Positions 12,840 through 26,702 of a DNA stretch of 64,000 bases are shown piece by piece (position 1 is the stretch's first letter; every line of letters begins with the position of its first letter). This stretch comes from Escherichia coli (GTDB lineage: Bacteria > Pseudomonadota > Gammaproteobacteria > Enterobacterales > Enterobacteriaceae): the NCBI RefSeq assembly GCF_044324785.1, contig NZ_CP172127.1; one strand, given 5' to 3'. A program made the position numbers and the translations under genes. The notes under the pieces were generated by a model. That model did not search any database. It was not told where the DNA came from and saw only the letters and a list, made by a program, of their open reading frames with translations.

Positions 12840-13490
12840 ATGCAGAAAGAACAACTTTCCGCTTTAATGGATGGCGAAACGCTGGATAGTGAGCTGCTTA
12901 ACGAACTGGCTCATAACCCAGAAATGCAGAAAACCTGGGAAAGCTATCACTTAATCCGTGACTCAATGCGGGGTGATACTCCCGAGGTGCTCCATTTCGA
13001 TATCTCTTCACGCGTGATGGCCGCCATTGAAGAAGAGCCAGTACGTCAACCGGCGACATTGATCCCGGAAGCCCAGCCTGCGCCGCATCAATGGCAGAAA
13101 ATGCCATTCTGGCAGAAAGTACGTCCGTGGGCGGCACAGCTTACCCAAATGGGCGTAGCAGCATGCGTATCGCTTGCAGTTATCGTTGGCGTCCAGCACT
13201 ATAATGGACAATCTGAAACGTCCCAGCAGCCCGAAACGCCGGTATTTAATACACTGCCGATGATGGGTAAAGCCAGCCCGGTTAGTCTGGGAGTACCTTC
13301 TGAAGCGACCGCAAATAATGGTCAACAGCAGCAGGTACAGGAGCAGCGTCGTCGCATTAATGCAATGTTGCAGGATTACGAACTGCAACGCCGACTCCAC
13401 TCTGAACAGCTTCAGTTTGAGCAGGCACAAACTCAGCAAGCCGCTGTACAGGTGCCAGGAATTCAAACTTTAGGAACGCAATCGCAGTAA
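12840..13490 (+). CDS. rseA: Anti-sigma-E factor RseA, 216 aa
   Basis: ORF 12804..13490; internal ATG 12840 (MQKEQLSALMDGE...); single TM segment and Q-rich C-terminus. Confidence 0.95.
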   Translation: MQKEQLSALMDGETLDSELLNELAHNPEMQKTWESYHLIRDSMRGDTPEVLHFDISSRVMAAIEEEPVRQPATLIPEAQPAPHQWQKMPFWQKVRPWAAQLTQMGVAACVSLAVIVGVQHYNGQSETSQQPETPVFNTLPMMGKASPVSLGVPSEATANNGQQQQVQEQRRRINAMLQDYELQRRLHSEQLQFEQAQTQQAAVQVPGIQTLGTQSQ

Positions 13491-14446
13491 TGAAGCAACT
13501 TTGGTTTGCCATGTCATTAGTGACAGGTAGCCTGTTATTCTCTGCTAACGCCTCGGCCACTCCCGCGTCCGGGGCGTTATTACAGCAGATGAACCTGGCC
13601 AGTCAGTCACTGAATTACGAGCTGTCATTTATCAGCATCAATAAACAGGGTGTTGAGTCTCTGCGTTATCGACATGCACGCCTCGATAACCGTCCTCTTG
13701 CACAATTGTTGCAAATGGATGGCCCGCGCCGGGAAGTGGTACAGCGCGGCAATGAAATCAGCTATTTTGAACCGGGACTTGAACCGTTCACGCTTAATGG
13801 CGATTACATTGTTGATTCTCTGCCATCGCTCATCTATACCGATTTCAAACGCCTTTCTCCTTACTACGACTTTATCTCCGTCGGGCGCACGCGTATTGCT
13901 GATCGTCTTTGCGAAGTCATTCGCGTGGTTGCCCGAGATGGTACACGCTACAGCTACATCGTGTGGATGGACACCGAATCGAAATTACCGATGCGGGTTG
14001 ATCTCCTTGATCGCGATGGTGAAACGCTGGAACAATTTCGCGTGATTGCTTTTAACGTCAATCAGGATATCGGCAGCAGTATGCAGACGCTGGCGAAGGC
14101 AAATTTGCCGCCGTTGCTTTCTGTTCCTGTAGGTGAAAAAGCTAAATTCAGCTGGACGCCAACCTGGTTGCCACAGGGTTTTAGCGAAGTTTCCAGTAGT
14201 CGACGTCCGCTACCGACGATGGACAACATGCCTATCGAATCACGTCTCTATTCCGACGGATTATTCAGCTTCTCGGTAAACGTTAACCGCGCTACGCCAT
14301 CGAGCACCGATCAGATGTTGCGCACCGGGCGCAGAACCGTCAGTACAAGCGTACGTGATAACGCCGAAATCACCATTGTCGGTGAACTGCCGCCGCAAAC
14401 GGCGAAACGCATTGCCGAGAATATTAAGTTCGGGGCAGCGCAATGA
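13490..14446 (+). CDS. rseB: SigmaE regulatory protein RseB
   Basis: 318 aa with signal peptide; start overlaps the rseA stop (TAATG). Confidence 0.95.
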   Translation: MKQLWFAMSLVTGSLLFSANASATPASGALLQQMNLASQSLNYELSFISINKQGVESLRYRHARLDNRPLAQLLQMDGPRREVVQRGNEISYFEPGLEPFTLNGDYIVDSLPSLIYTDFKRLSPYYDFISVGRTRIADRLCEVIRVVARDGTRYSYIVWMDTESKLPMRVDLLDRDGETLEQFRVIAFNVNQDIGSSMQTLAKANLPPLLSVPVGEKAKFSWTPTWLPQGFSEVSSSRRPLPTMDNMPIESRLYSDGLFSFSVNVNRATPSSTDQMLRTGRRTVSTSVRDNAEITIVGELPPQTAKRIAENIKFGAAQ

Positions 14447-14922
14447 TCAAAGAGTGGGCTACCGTCGTCTCCTGGGAAAACGGGCAGGCGCTGGTTAGTT
14501 GTGATGTTAAAGCCTCATGCAGCAGCTGCGCTTCACGCGCCGGTTGCGGTAGCCGCGTGTTGAATAAACTTGGCCCGCAAACCACGCATACCATTGTCGT
14601 ACCCTGTGATGAGCCGTTAGTGCCGGGGCAAAAAGTGGAATTGGGGATCGCCGAAGGCAGCCTGCTTAGCTCCGCATTACTGGTTTATATGTCGCCGCTG
14701 GTGGGATTATTTCTCATCGCTTCGCTATTTCAGCTACTCTTTGCTTCAGATATTGCAGCATTATGCGGTGCGATTCTCGGTGGCGTTGGTGGATTCCTGA
14801 TTGCACGTGGCTGCTCTCGAAAGTTTGCTGCCCGGTCTGAATGGCAACCGATCATCTTAAGCGTGGCATTGCCGCCTGGCCTTGTGCGATTTGAAACATC
14901 TTCGGAAGACGCGAGCCAGTGA
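14443..14922 (+). CDS. rseC: SoxR-reducing system / sigmaE regulatory protein RseC
   Basis: 159 aa; N-terminal Cys cluster and two TM helices; start overlaps the rseB stop (ATGA). Confidence 0.9.
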   Translation: MIKEWATVVSWENGQALVSCDVKASCSSCASRAGCGSRVLNKLGPQTTHTIVVPCDEPLVPGQKVELGIAEGSLLSSALLVYMSPLVGLFLIASLFQLLFASDIAALCGAILGGVGGFLIARGCSRKFAARSEWQPIILSVALPPGLVRFETSSEDASQ

Positions 14923-15119
14923 TTTCACTGGCTTTGTTGCATTTTGCATAACAAATGCGAGGACGTTTCCAGATACCACAATCCATACGGTATGAACATT
15001 TCCTCGCCTCAATGTTGTAGTGTAGAATGCGGCGTTTCTATTAATACAGACGTTAAGCTCAGAACAGCGACTTCTAAAAGCCTGGTTAACCGGGCATTAA
15101 GGCACAATAATCATACTTT

Positions 15120-16919
<1,800 letters not shown>

Positions 16920-16934
16920 CCCTTAGGAGTTGGC

Positions 16935-17909
16935 ATGGCGAATATGTTTGCCCTGATTCTGGTGATTGCCACACTGGTGACGGGCATTTTATGGTGCGTG
17001 GATAAATTCTTTTTCGCACCTAAACGGCGGGAACGTCAGGCAGCGGCGCAGGCGGCTGCCGGTGACTCACTGGATAAAGCAACACTGAAAAAGGTTGCGC
17101 CGAAGCCTGGCTGGCTGGAAACTGGTGCTTCTGTTTTTCCTGTGCTGGCTATCGTATTGATTGTGCGTTCGTTTATTTATGAACCGTTCCAGATCCCGTC
17201 AGGTTCGATGATGCCGACTCTGTTAATCGGTGATTTTATTCTGGTAGAGAAGTTTGCTTATGGCATTAAAGATCCTATCTACCAGAAAACGCTGATCGAA
17301 ACCGGTCATCCGAAACGCGGCGATATCGTGGTCTTTAAATATCCGGAAGATCCAAAGCTTGATTACATCAAGCGCGCGGTGGGTTTACCGGGCGATAAAG
17401 TCACTTATGATCCGGTCTCAAAAGAGCTGACGATTCAACCGGGATGCAGTTCCGGCCAGGCATGTGAAAACGCGCTGCCGGTCACCTACTCAAACGTGGA
17501 ACCGAGCGATTTCGTTCAGACCTTCTCACGCCGTAATGGTGGGGAAGCGACCAGCGGATTCTTTGAAGTGCCGAAAAACGAAACCAAAGAAAATGGAATT
17601 CGTCTTTCCGAGCGTAAAGAGACACTGGGTGATGTGACGCACCGCATTCTGACAGTGCCGATTGCGCAGGACCAGGTGGGGATGTATTACCAGCAGCCAG
17701 GGCAACAACTGGCAACCTGGATTGTTCCGCCGGGACAATACTTCATGATGGGTGACAACCGCGACAACAGCGCGGACAGCCGTTACTGGGGCTTTGTGCC
17801 GGAAGCGAATCTGGTCGGTCGGGCAACGGCTATCTGGATGAGCTTCGATAAGCAAGAAGGCGAATGGCCGACAGGTGTGCGCTTAAGTCGCATTGGCGGC
17901 ATCCATTAA
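16935..17909 (+). CDS. lepB: Signal peptidase I
   Basis: 324 aa; catalytic Ser in SGSMMPTL and Lys in KRAVGLPGD. Confidence 0.97.
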   Translation: MANMFALILVIATLVTGILWCVDKFFFAPKRRERQAAAQAAAGDSLDKATLKKVAPKPGWLETGASVFPVLAIVLIVRSFIYEPFQIPSGSMMPTLLIGDFILVEKFAYGIKDPIYQKTLIETGHPKRGDIVVFKYPEDPKLDYIKRAVGLPGDKVTYDPVSKELTIQPGCSSGQACENALPVTYSNVEPSDFVQTFSRRNGGEATSGFFEVPKNETKENGIRLSERKETLGDVTHRILTVPIAQDQVGMYYQQPGQQLATWIVPPGQYFMMGDNRDNSADSRYWGFVPEANLVGRATAIWMSFDKQEGEWPTGVRLSRIGGIH

Positions 17910-17922
17910 TAGCCCATCTTCG

Positions 17923-17962
17923 TTCACGTTGTCGCCGTTATGGCGACAACGTGAATTATTTA
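17923..17962 (+). terminator. Rho-independent terminator after lepB
   Basis: 14-bp perfect stem TTCACGTTGTCGCC / GGCGACAACGTGAA followed by a T-rich tract. Confidence 0.8.
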
Positions 17963-17984
17963 TGAGATAAATCTCCCGTGGCTA

Positions 17985-18013
17985 ACGACATCCCCCGTCG
18001 TTGTGTATAGAAT
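17985..18013 (+). promoter_or_regulatory. Putative rnc promoter (ACGACA-N17-TAGAAT)
   Basis: Sigma70-like -35/-10 pair about 170 bp upstream of the rnc ATG, ahead of the leader stem-loop. Confidence 0.4.
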
Positions 18014-18054
18014 ATTCCCCCGAAGTTTAAGGTTGGCACCTCCAGGTTGCCACG

Positions 18055-18148
18055 GCACACGAAACAGCGTTGGTCCCCATATACCGGTAAACTGAAACTG
18101 CAGCGAAGCAGTTAGCAGAGCCATGTATATCAGGTCTGTTTCGTGTGC
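18055..18148 (+). promoter_or_regulatory. rnc 5' leader stem-loop (RNase III autoregulatory target)
   Basis: Perfect 13-nt arms GCACACGAAACAG (18055-18067) and CTGTTTCGTGTGC (18136-18148) enclosing 68 nt, 34 nt upstream of the rnc ATG. Confidence 0.7.
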
Positions 18149-18151
18149 TGA

Positions 18152-19764
<1,613 letters not shown>

Positions 19765-19775
19765 GAGTAACTCCG

Positions 19776-20504
19776 ATGGAAGGCTGGCAGCGCGCATTTG
19801 TCCTGCATAGTCGCCCGTGGAGCGAAACCAGCCTGATGCTGGACGTCTTCACGGAGGAATCGGGTCGCGTGCGTCTGGTTGCCAAAGGCGCACGCTCTAA
19901 ACGCTCTACTCTGAAAGGTGCATTACAGCCTTTCACCCCTCTCTTGCTACGTTTTGGCGGGCGTGGCGAAGTCAAAACGCTGCGCAGTGCTGAAGCTGTC
20001 TCGCTGGCGCTGCCATTAAGCGGTATCACGCTTTACAGCGGTCTGTACATCAACGAACTTCTCTCCCGCGTACTGGAATACGAGACGCGCTTCTCTGAAC
20101 TCTTTTTCGATTACTTGCACTGCATTCAGTCACTTGCAGGTGCCACTGGTACGCCAGAACCCGCGCTGCGCCGCTTTGAACTGGCACTGCTCGGGCATCT
20201 GGGCTATGGCGTCAATTTTACTCATTGTGCGGGTAGCGGCGAGCCGGTAGATGACACCATGACGTATCGTTATCGCGAAGAAAAAGGGTTTATCGCAAGC
20301 GTCGTTATCGACAATAAAACGTTCACCGGAAGGCAGTTAAAAGCGTTAAACGCGCGGGAATTTCCTGACGCAGACACACTGCGCGCCGCGAAACGCTTTA
20401 CCCGCATGGCGCTTAAGCCGTATCTTGGCGGTAAACCATTAAAGAGCAGGGAACTGTTCCGGCAGTTTATGCCTAAGCGAACGGTGAAAACACATTATGA
20501 ATGA
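19776..20504 (+). CDS. recO: DNA repair protein RecO
   Basis: 242 aa; full-length match to recalled RecO. Confidence 0.95.
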
Positions 20505-20515
20505 TGAGGATTGTC

Positions 20516-21247
20516 ATGGCTGAATTACTGTTAGGCGTCAACATTGACCATATTGCAACGCTGCGTAACGCACGCGGTACTGCTTACCCGGATCCGGTGC
20601 AGGCGGCGTTTATTGCCGAGCAGGCGGGAGCAGACGGCATTACCGTGCATTTACGTGAAGATCGCCGCCACATTACTGACCGCGATGTGCGCATCCTGCG
20701 TCAGACGCTGGATACCCGCATGAATCTGGAGATGGCGGTGACCGAAGAGATGCTGGCGATCGCCGTTGAGACGAAGCCACATTTTTGCTGCCTGGTACCG
20801 GAAAAGCGTCAGGAAGTAACAACCGAAGGCGGCCTGGACGTCGCTGGACAGCGTGAAAAAATGCGCGATGCCTGCAAACGTTTGGCGGAGGCCGGGATCC
20901 TGGTTTCTCTGTTTATCGACGCCGATGAAGAGCAGATCAAAGCTGCGGCAGAGGTTGGCGCACCGTTTATCGAGATCCACACCGGTTGCTATGCTGATGC
21001 CAAAACTGACGCCGAACAGGCGCAAGAGCTTGCGCGTATCGCCAAAGCCGCGACCTTTGCCGCAAGTCTCGGTCTGAAAGTTAACGCCGGACACGGTCTG
21101 ACATATCACAACGTGAAAGCCATTGCCGCCATTCCTGAGATGCACGAACTGAATATCGGTCATGCCATTATTGGTCGTGCAGTGATGACCGGACTGAAAG
21201 ATGCGGTGGCAGAAATGAAGCGTCTGATGCTGGAAGCGCGTGGCTAA
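20516..21247 (+). CDS. pdxJ: Pyridoxine 5'-phosphate synthase, 243 aa
   Basis: ORF 20501..21247; internal ATG 20516 ([21 protein letters not shown]...). Confidence 0.95.
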   Translation: MAELLLGVNIDHIATLRNARGTAYPDPVQAAFIAEQAGADGITVHLREDRRHITDRDVRILRQTLDTRMNLEMAVTEEMLAIAVETKPHFCCLVPEKRQEVTTEGGLDVAGQREKMRDACKRLAEAGILVSLFIDADEEQIKAAAEVGAPFIEIHTGCYADAKTDAEQAQELARIAKAATFAASLGLKVNAGHGLTYHNVKAIAAIPEMHELNIGHAIIGRAVMTGLKDAVAEMKRLMLEARG

Positions 21248-21627
21248 TGGCAATATTAGGTTTAGGCACGGATATTGTGGAGATCGCTCGCATCGAAGCG
21301 GTGATCACCCGATCCGGTGATCGCCTGGCACGCCGCGTATTAAGCGATAACGAATGGGCTATCTGGAAAACGCACCACCAGCCGGTGCGTTTTCTGGCGA
21401 AGCGTTTTGCTGTGAAAGAAGCGGCGGCAAAAGCGTTTGGCACCGGGATCCGCAATGGTCTGGCGTTTAATCAGTTTGAAGTATTCAATGATGAGCTCGG
21501 CAAACCACGGCTACGGCTATGGGGTGAGGCATTAAAACTGGCGGAAAAGCTCGGCGTTATAAATATGCATGTAACGCTTGCCGATGAGCGCCACTATGCT
21601 TGTGCCACGGTAATTATTGAAAGTTAA
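21247..21627 (+). CDS. acpS: Holo-[acyl-carrier-protein] synthase
   Basis: 126 aa; [17 protein letters not shown]-terminus; start overlaps the pdxJ stop (TAATG). Confidence 0.95.
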   Translation: MAILGLGTDIVEIARIEAVITRSGDRLARRVLSDNEWAIWKTHHQPVRFLAKRFAVKEAAAKAFGTGIRNGLAFNQFEVFNDELGKPRLRLWGEALKLAEKLGVINMHVTLADERHYACATVIIES

Positions 21628-21644
21628 AAATAATACCGTTCTCT

Positions 21645-21726
21645 TTATAAAGTAAAACCCCCGAACTGGTAAGGAACGGGGGTTTTACTTTTTAACTTTA
21701 ATTTTGTGCAGCACACGATTCCAACG
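21645..21726 (-). ncRNA. ohsC: Probable OhsC antitoxin sRNA of the shoB type I toxin-antitoxin pair (boundaries approximate)
   Basis: Plus-strand 21706-21724 (GTGCAGCACACGATTCCAA) repeats shoB 5'-UTR 21955-21973 at 18 of 19 positions, so a minus-strand transcript is antisense to the shoB leader; candidate minus-strand -10 CATAAT (complement of 21733-21738); terminator at 21652-21688. Confidence 0.35.
21652..21693. terminator. Bidirectional intrinsic terminator (acpS on plus strand; probable OhsC 3' end on minus strand)
   Basis: GTAAAACCCCCG / CGGGGGTTTTAC 12-bp stem with T-rich flanks on both strands. Confidence 0.75.
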
Positions 21727-22048
21727 GAAATGATTATGGATCAATTTCGTTATCCTGTACAAGCAACTTGCAATCTCTGACATAAAAAACGCGAGCCTTT
21801 ACGAAGAAATCGACATTGATGAAAAGATTAACGTGACCGCTTTTTGATAAGTACATTAAAATCGGTTTCGTTATTGGCAATTTTGCTGTGCTTTACACCA
21901 TGCCACTGAATTCCCCCATTGAAACGAGTGGTGTCGTCAAAGCTCTGGTGTGGAGTGCAGCACTCGATTCCAATAACTCGCACGTTCAGTTTTGGGGAGA
22001 TGTAAGGGCTAATCTGAACGGCTGCATTCCTTGTTTAAGGAAAAACGA

Positions 22049-22129
22049 ATGACTGATTGCCGATACCTGATTAAACGGGTCATCAAAATCATCATTGCTG
22101 TTTTACAGCTGATCCTTCTGTTCTTATAA
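22049..22129 (+). CDS. shoB: Type I toxin ShoB, 26 aa (MTDCRYLIKRVIKIIIAVLQLILLFL)
   Basis: ATG 22049 to TAA 22127-22129, preceded by AAGGAAAAA; hydrophobic single-helix peptide; lies in the acpS-yfhL gap; below ORF-track cutoff. Confidence 0.85.
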   Translation: MTDCRYLIKRVIKIIIAVLQLILLFL

Positions 22130-22146
22130 CATAAGGAAACGTACTT

Positions 22147-22185
22147 AAGGCGCGTCAGGTTAACCAGCCAGGCGCGCCTTTAATA
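22147..22185. terminator. Hairpin after shoB (AAGGCGCG ... CGCGCCTT)
   Basis: GC-rich inverted repeat 22147-22154 / 22173-22180 downstream of the shoB stop. Confidence 0.55.
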
Positions 22186-22322
22186 ATTATAAATAAATGT
22201 CTGGGCAGATATTATATAAATTCATTTGGTGAATAATTATGCTAATGTCATCAATTAAATAAATATAATGGCGTTAAGGCTTCCCTGTAAAATAATTAAC
22301 ACTCTACCTCCAGAGTAGAATA

Positions 22323-22619
<297 letters not shown>

Positions 22620-22638
22620 TTATACGCGCATTCTTTAC

Positions 22639-23487
22639 TCAGACCAGTTTTTTCACCAGCGCTTCACTATGACGAATACGTTCTGGTGCCAGTTCCAGAT
22701 CCTGCTGAATCAGCGCAATGAACAGCAAATCCGTTAACATTCCCTGCGCGTGGCAAGCAGAGATTGAAGCACTGTTTGTCGCTTGTTCTTCGGCAATGGT
22801 ATACAGGCAATGAGAAGCACGCTGTTGCAGGGCATTGGGAGTAAAGCCGGTAATCGCCAGCACTTTTCCGCCCACTCGCAGCATCTCATCTGCCGCCAGG
22901 TTTAACTCGCGTCGTACACCGGTGTAGGAAATGGCTAATAACAGATCGTCAGGGGACGACGCCTGTACTGTAGCGAGTAGCGCATGCATATCGCGCACTG
23001 CGGCAGCATTGAAGCCAATCTTCATCAGCTTCCAGGCAAAGTTTTGCGCCACCAGACCCGAAGCGCCAATACCGGTCAGAATTATCCGCCGTGCAGAGCG
23101 CAACATTGCCACGCACTCATGCAGCTTCTCTTCACTATTAACGTTTAGCGTTGCGTACATGGCGGCAGTATTTTCTTTAATCAGTTTTTCGCCGACCAGC
23201 CGTAACGGATCATCACCGCGGATTTGGTTATGAATGGGCACGGAGGGAGATTCCGGCTGGCTTGCCAGCGCTTCACTCAACGCCAACTTAAGTGCCGGAA
23301 AACCTTTATAGCCGAGTTTTTGCGCAAACTTCACGACGCTGGACTGACTGACTCCGGCTTCGTTGGCCAGTTGCTGAGAGCTTAAATGGCGCGCCGTATC
23401 AGGTTGTAGCAGCAGATAATCCGCCAGTTTTTTATCACTCTGGGCAAGCCCCTGGTAACGCTGACGGATACGAAGTAAGCCGTTCAT
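22639..23487 (-). CDS. yfhH: RpiR-family (HTH + SIS domain) transcriptional regulator YfhH, 282 aa
   Basis: ORF 22639..23559; internal ATG (cat 23485-23487) gives MNGLLRIRQRYQGL... Confidence 0.8.
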   Translation of the reverse strand: MNGLLRIRQRYQGLAQSDKKLADYLLLQPDTARHLSSQQLANEAGVSQSSVVKFAQKLGYKGFPALKLALSEALASQPESPSVPIHNQIRGDDPLRLVGEKLIKENTAAMYATLNVNSEEKLHECVAMLRSARRIILTGIGASGLVAQNFAWKLMKIGFNAAAVRDMHALLATVQASSPDDLLLAISYTGVRRELNLAADEMLRVGGKVLAITGFTPNALQQRASHCLYTIAEEQATNSASISACHAQGMLTDLLFIALIQQDLELAPERIRHSEALVKKLV

Positions 23488-23695
23488 ATCTTTCCTCGCG
23501 ATGAAATAGTGGCGACAACAGGCAATATGAGACACACGCGAGTGAATTTTATATTCCATTGCCGCTAATTGCCATGAATTAAAAATTCCAGTTAGCCATG
23601 ATGCGGTCGATTGTTGCCGGAAAAGTGATGATCTATCTGTTAGGCTATGTAGTAGCGAAAATTAATCAGGATGTTTCAGTCCAGAGGAGTATGGT

Positions 23696-24331
23696 TTGGC
23701 AACTCACGAGCGTCGTGTGGTGTTTTTTGACTTAGATGGAACATTGCATCAGCAGGATATGTTCGGCAGTTTTCTGCGCTATTTACTGCGTCGCCAACCG
23801 CTGAATGCGTTACTTGTCCTGCCGTTGTTGCCGATTATAGCCATTGCGTTATTGATAAAAGGTCGTGCGGCACGCTGGCCGATGAGTCTGCTTCTGTGGG
23901 GATGCACTTTTGGTCACAATGAAGCGCGTTTGCAGGCGTTGCAGGCCGATTTCGTACGCTGGTTTCGTGACAATGTTACCGCCTTTCCGCTGGTTCAGGA
24001 GCGATTAACCACCTACCTGTTAAGTTCCGATGCTGATATCTGGTTGATTACCGGCTCTCCGCAGCCGCTGGTTGAAGCGGTTTATTTCGATACGCCCTGG
24101 CTGCCGCGGGTTAATCTTATCGCCAGTCAGTTTCAGCGTGGCTATGGTGGTTGGGTATTGACGATGCGTTGCCTCGGGCATGAGAAGGTCGCGCAACTGG
24201 AGCGTAAAATCGGCACGCCACTGCGGTTGTACAGTGGCTATAGCGACAGTAATCAGGACAACCCGCTGCTTTATTTCTGTCAGCATCGCTGGCGAGTAAC
24301 CCCGCGCGGTGAACTCCAGCAACTGGAATAG
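23696..24331 (+). CDS. pgpC: Phosphatidylglycerophosphatase C (YfhB), TTG start
   Basis: 211 aa; HAD motif FFDLDGTL; TTG at 23696 preceded by GAGGAG. Confidence 0.85.
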   Translation: MATHERRVVFFDLDGTLHQQDMFGSFLRYLLRRQPLNALLVLPLLPIIAIALLIKGRAARWPMSLLLWGCTFGHNEARLQALQADFVRWFRDNVTAFPLVQERLTTYLLSSDADIWLITGSPQPLVEAVYFDTPWLPRVNLIASQFQRGYGGWVLTMRCLGHEKVAQLERKIGTPLRLYSGYSDSNQDNPLLYFCQHRWRVTPRGELQQLE

Positions 24332-24343
24332 AGTAAAGCATAG

Positions 24344-26445
<2,102 letters not shown>

Positions 26446-26610
26446 TTAGTTAATTCTCTGTGTCGTGCGCGTCCCAGCTTGAAAAAACGTAATAATAGTG
26501 AAAGGTTTACTCATAAATGAGCGGCATTTTGCGTAAACCTGCGCCAGTTGGCAACTTATTACAGCCATTGGCGGCACGCGTTGCTAATTCTCGATGGTGA
26601 TTTTATTTCC

Positions 26611-26649
26611 ACGCAAACGGTTTCGTCAGCGCATCAGATTCTTTATAAT
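26611..26649 (+). promoter_or_regulatory. purL promoter: PurR box ACGCAAACGGTTTCGT (26611-26626) plus -10 TATAAT (26644-26649)
   Basis: Close match to the PurR operator consensus placed over the -35 region, upstream of the purL ATG. Confidence 0.75.
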
Positions 26650-26702
26650 GACGCCCGTTTCCCCCCCTTGGGTACACCGAAAGCTTAGAAGACGAGAGAC
26701 TT

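Noticed and set aside
18035-18051. TGGCAC...TTGC sequence upstream of rnc resembling a sigma54 promoter
   Set aside because: The GG to GC spacing is 14 nt rather than the required 12, and no enhancer-binding-protein sites are nearby.
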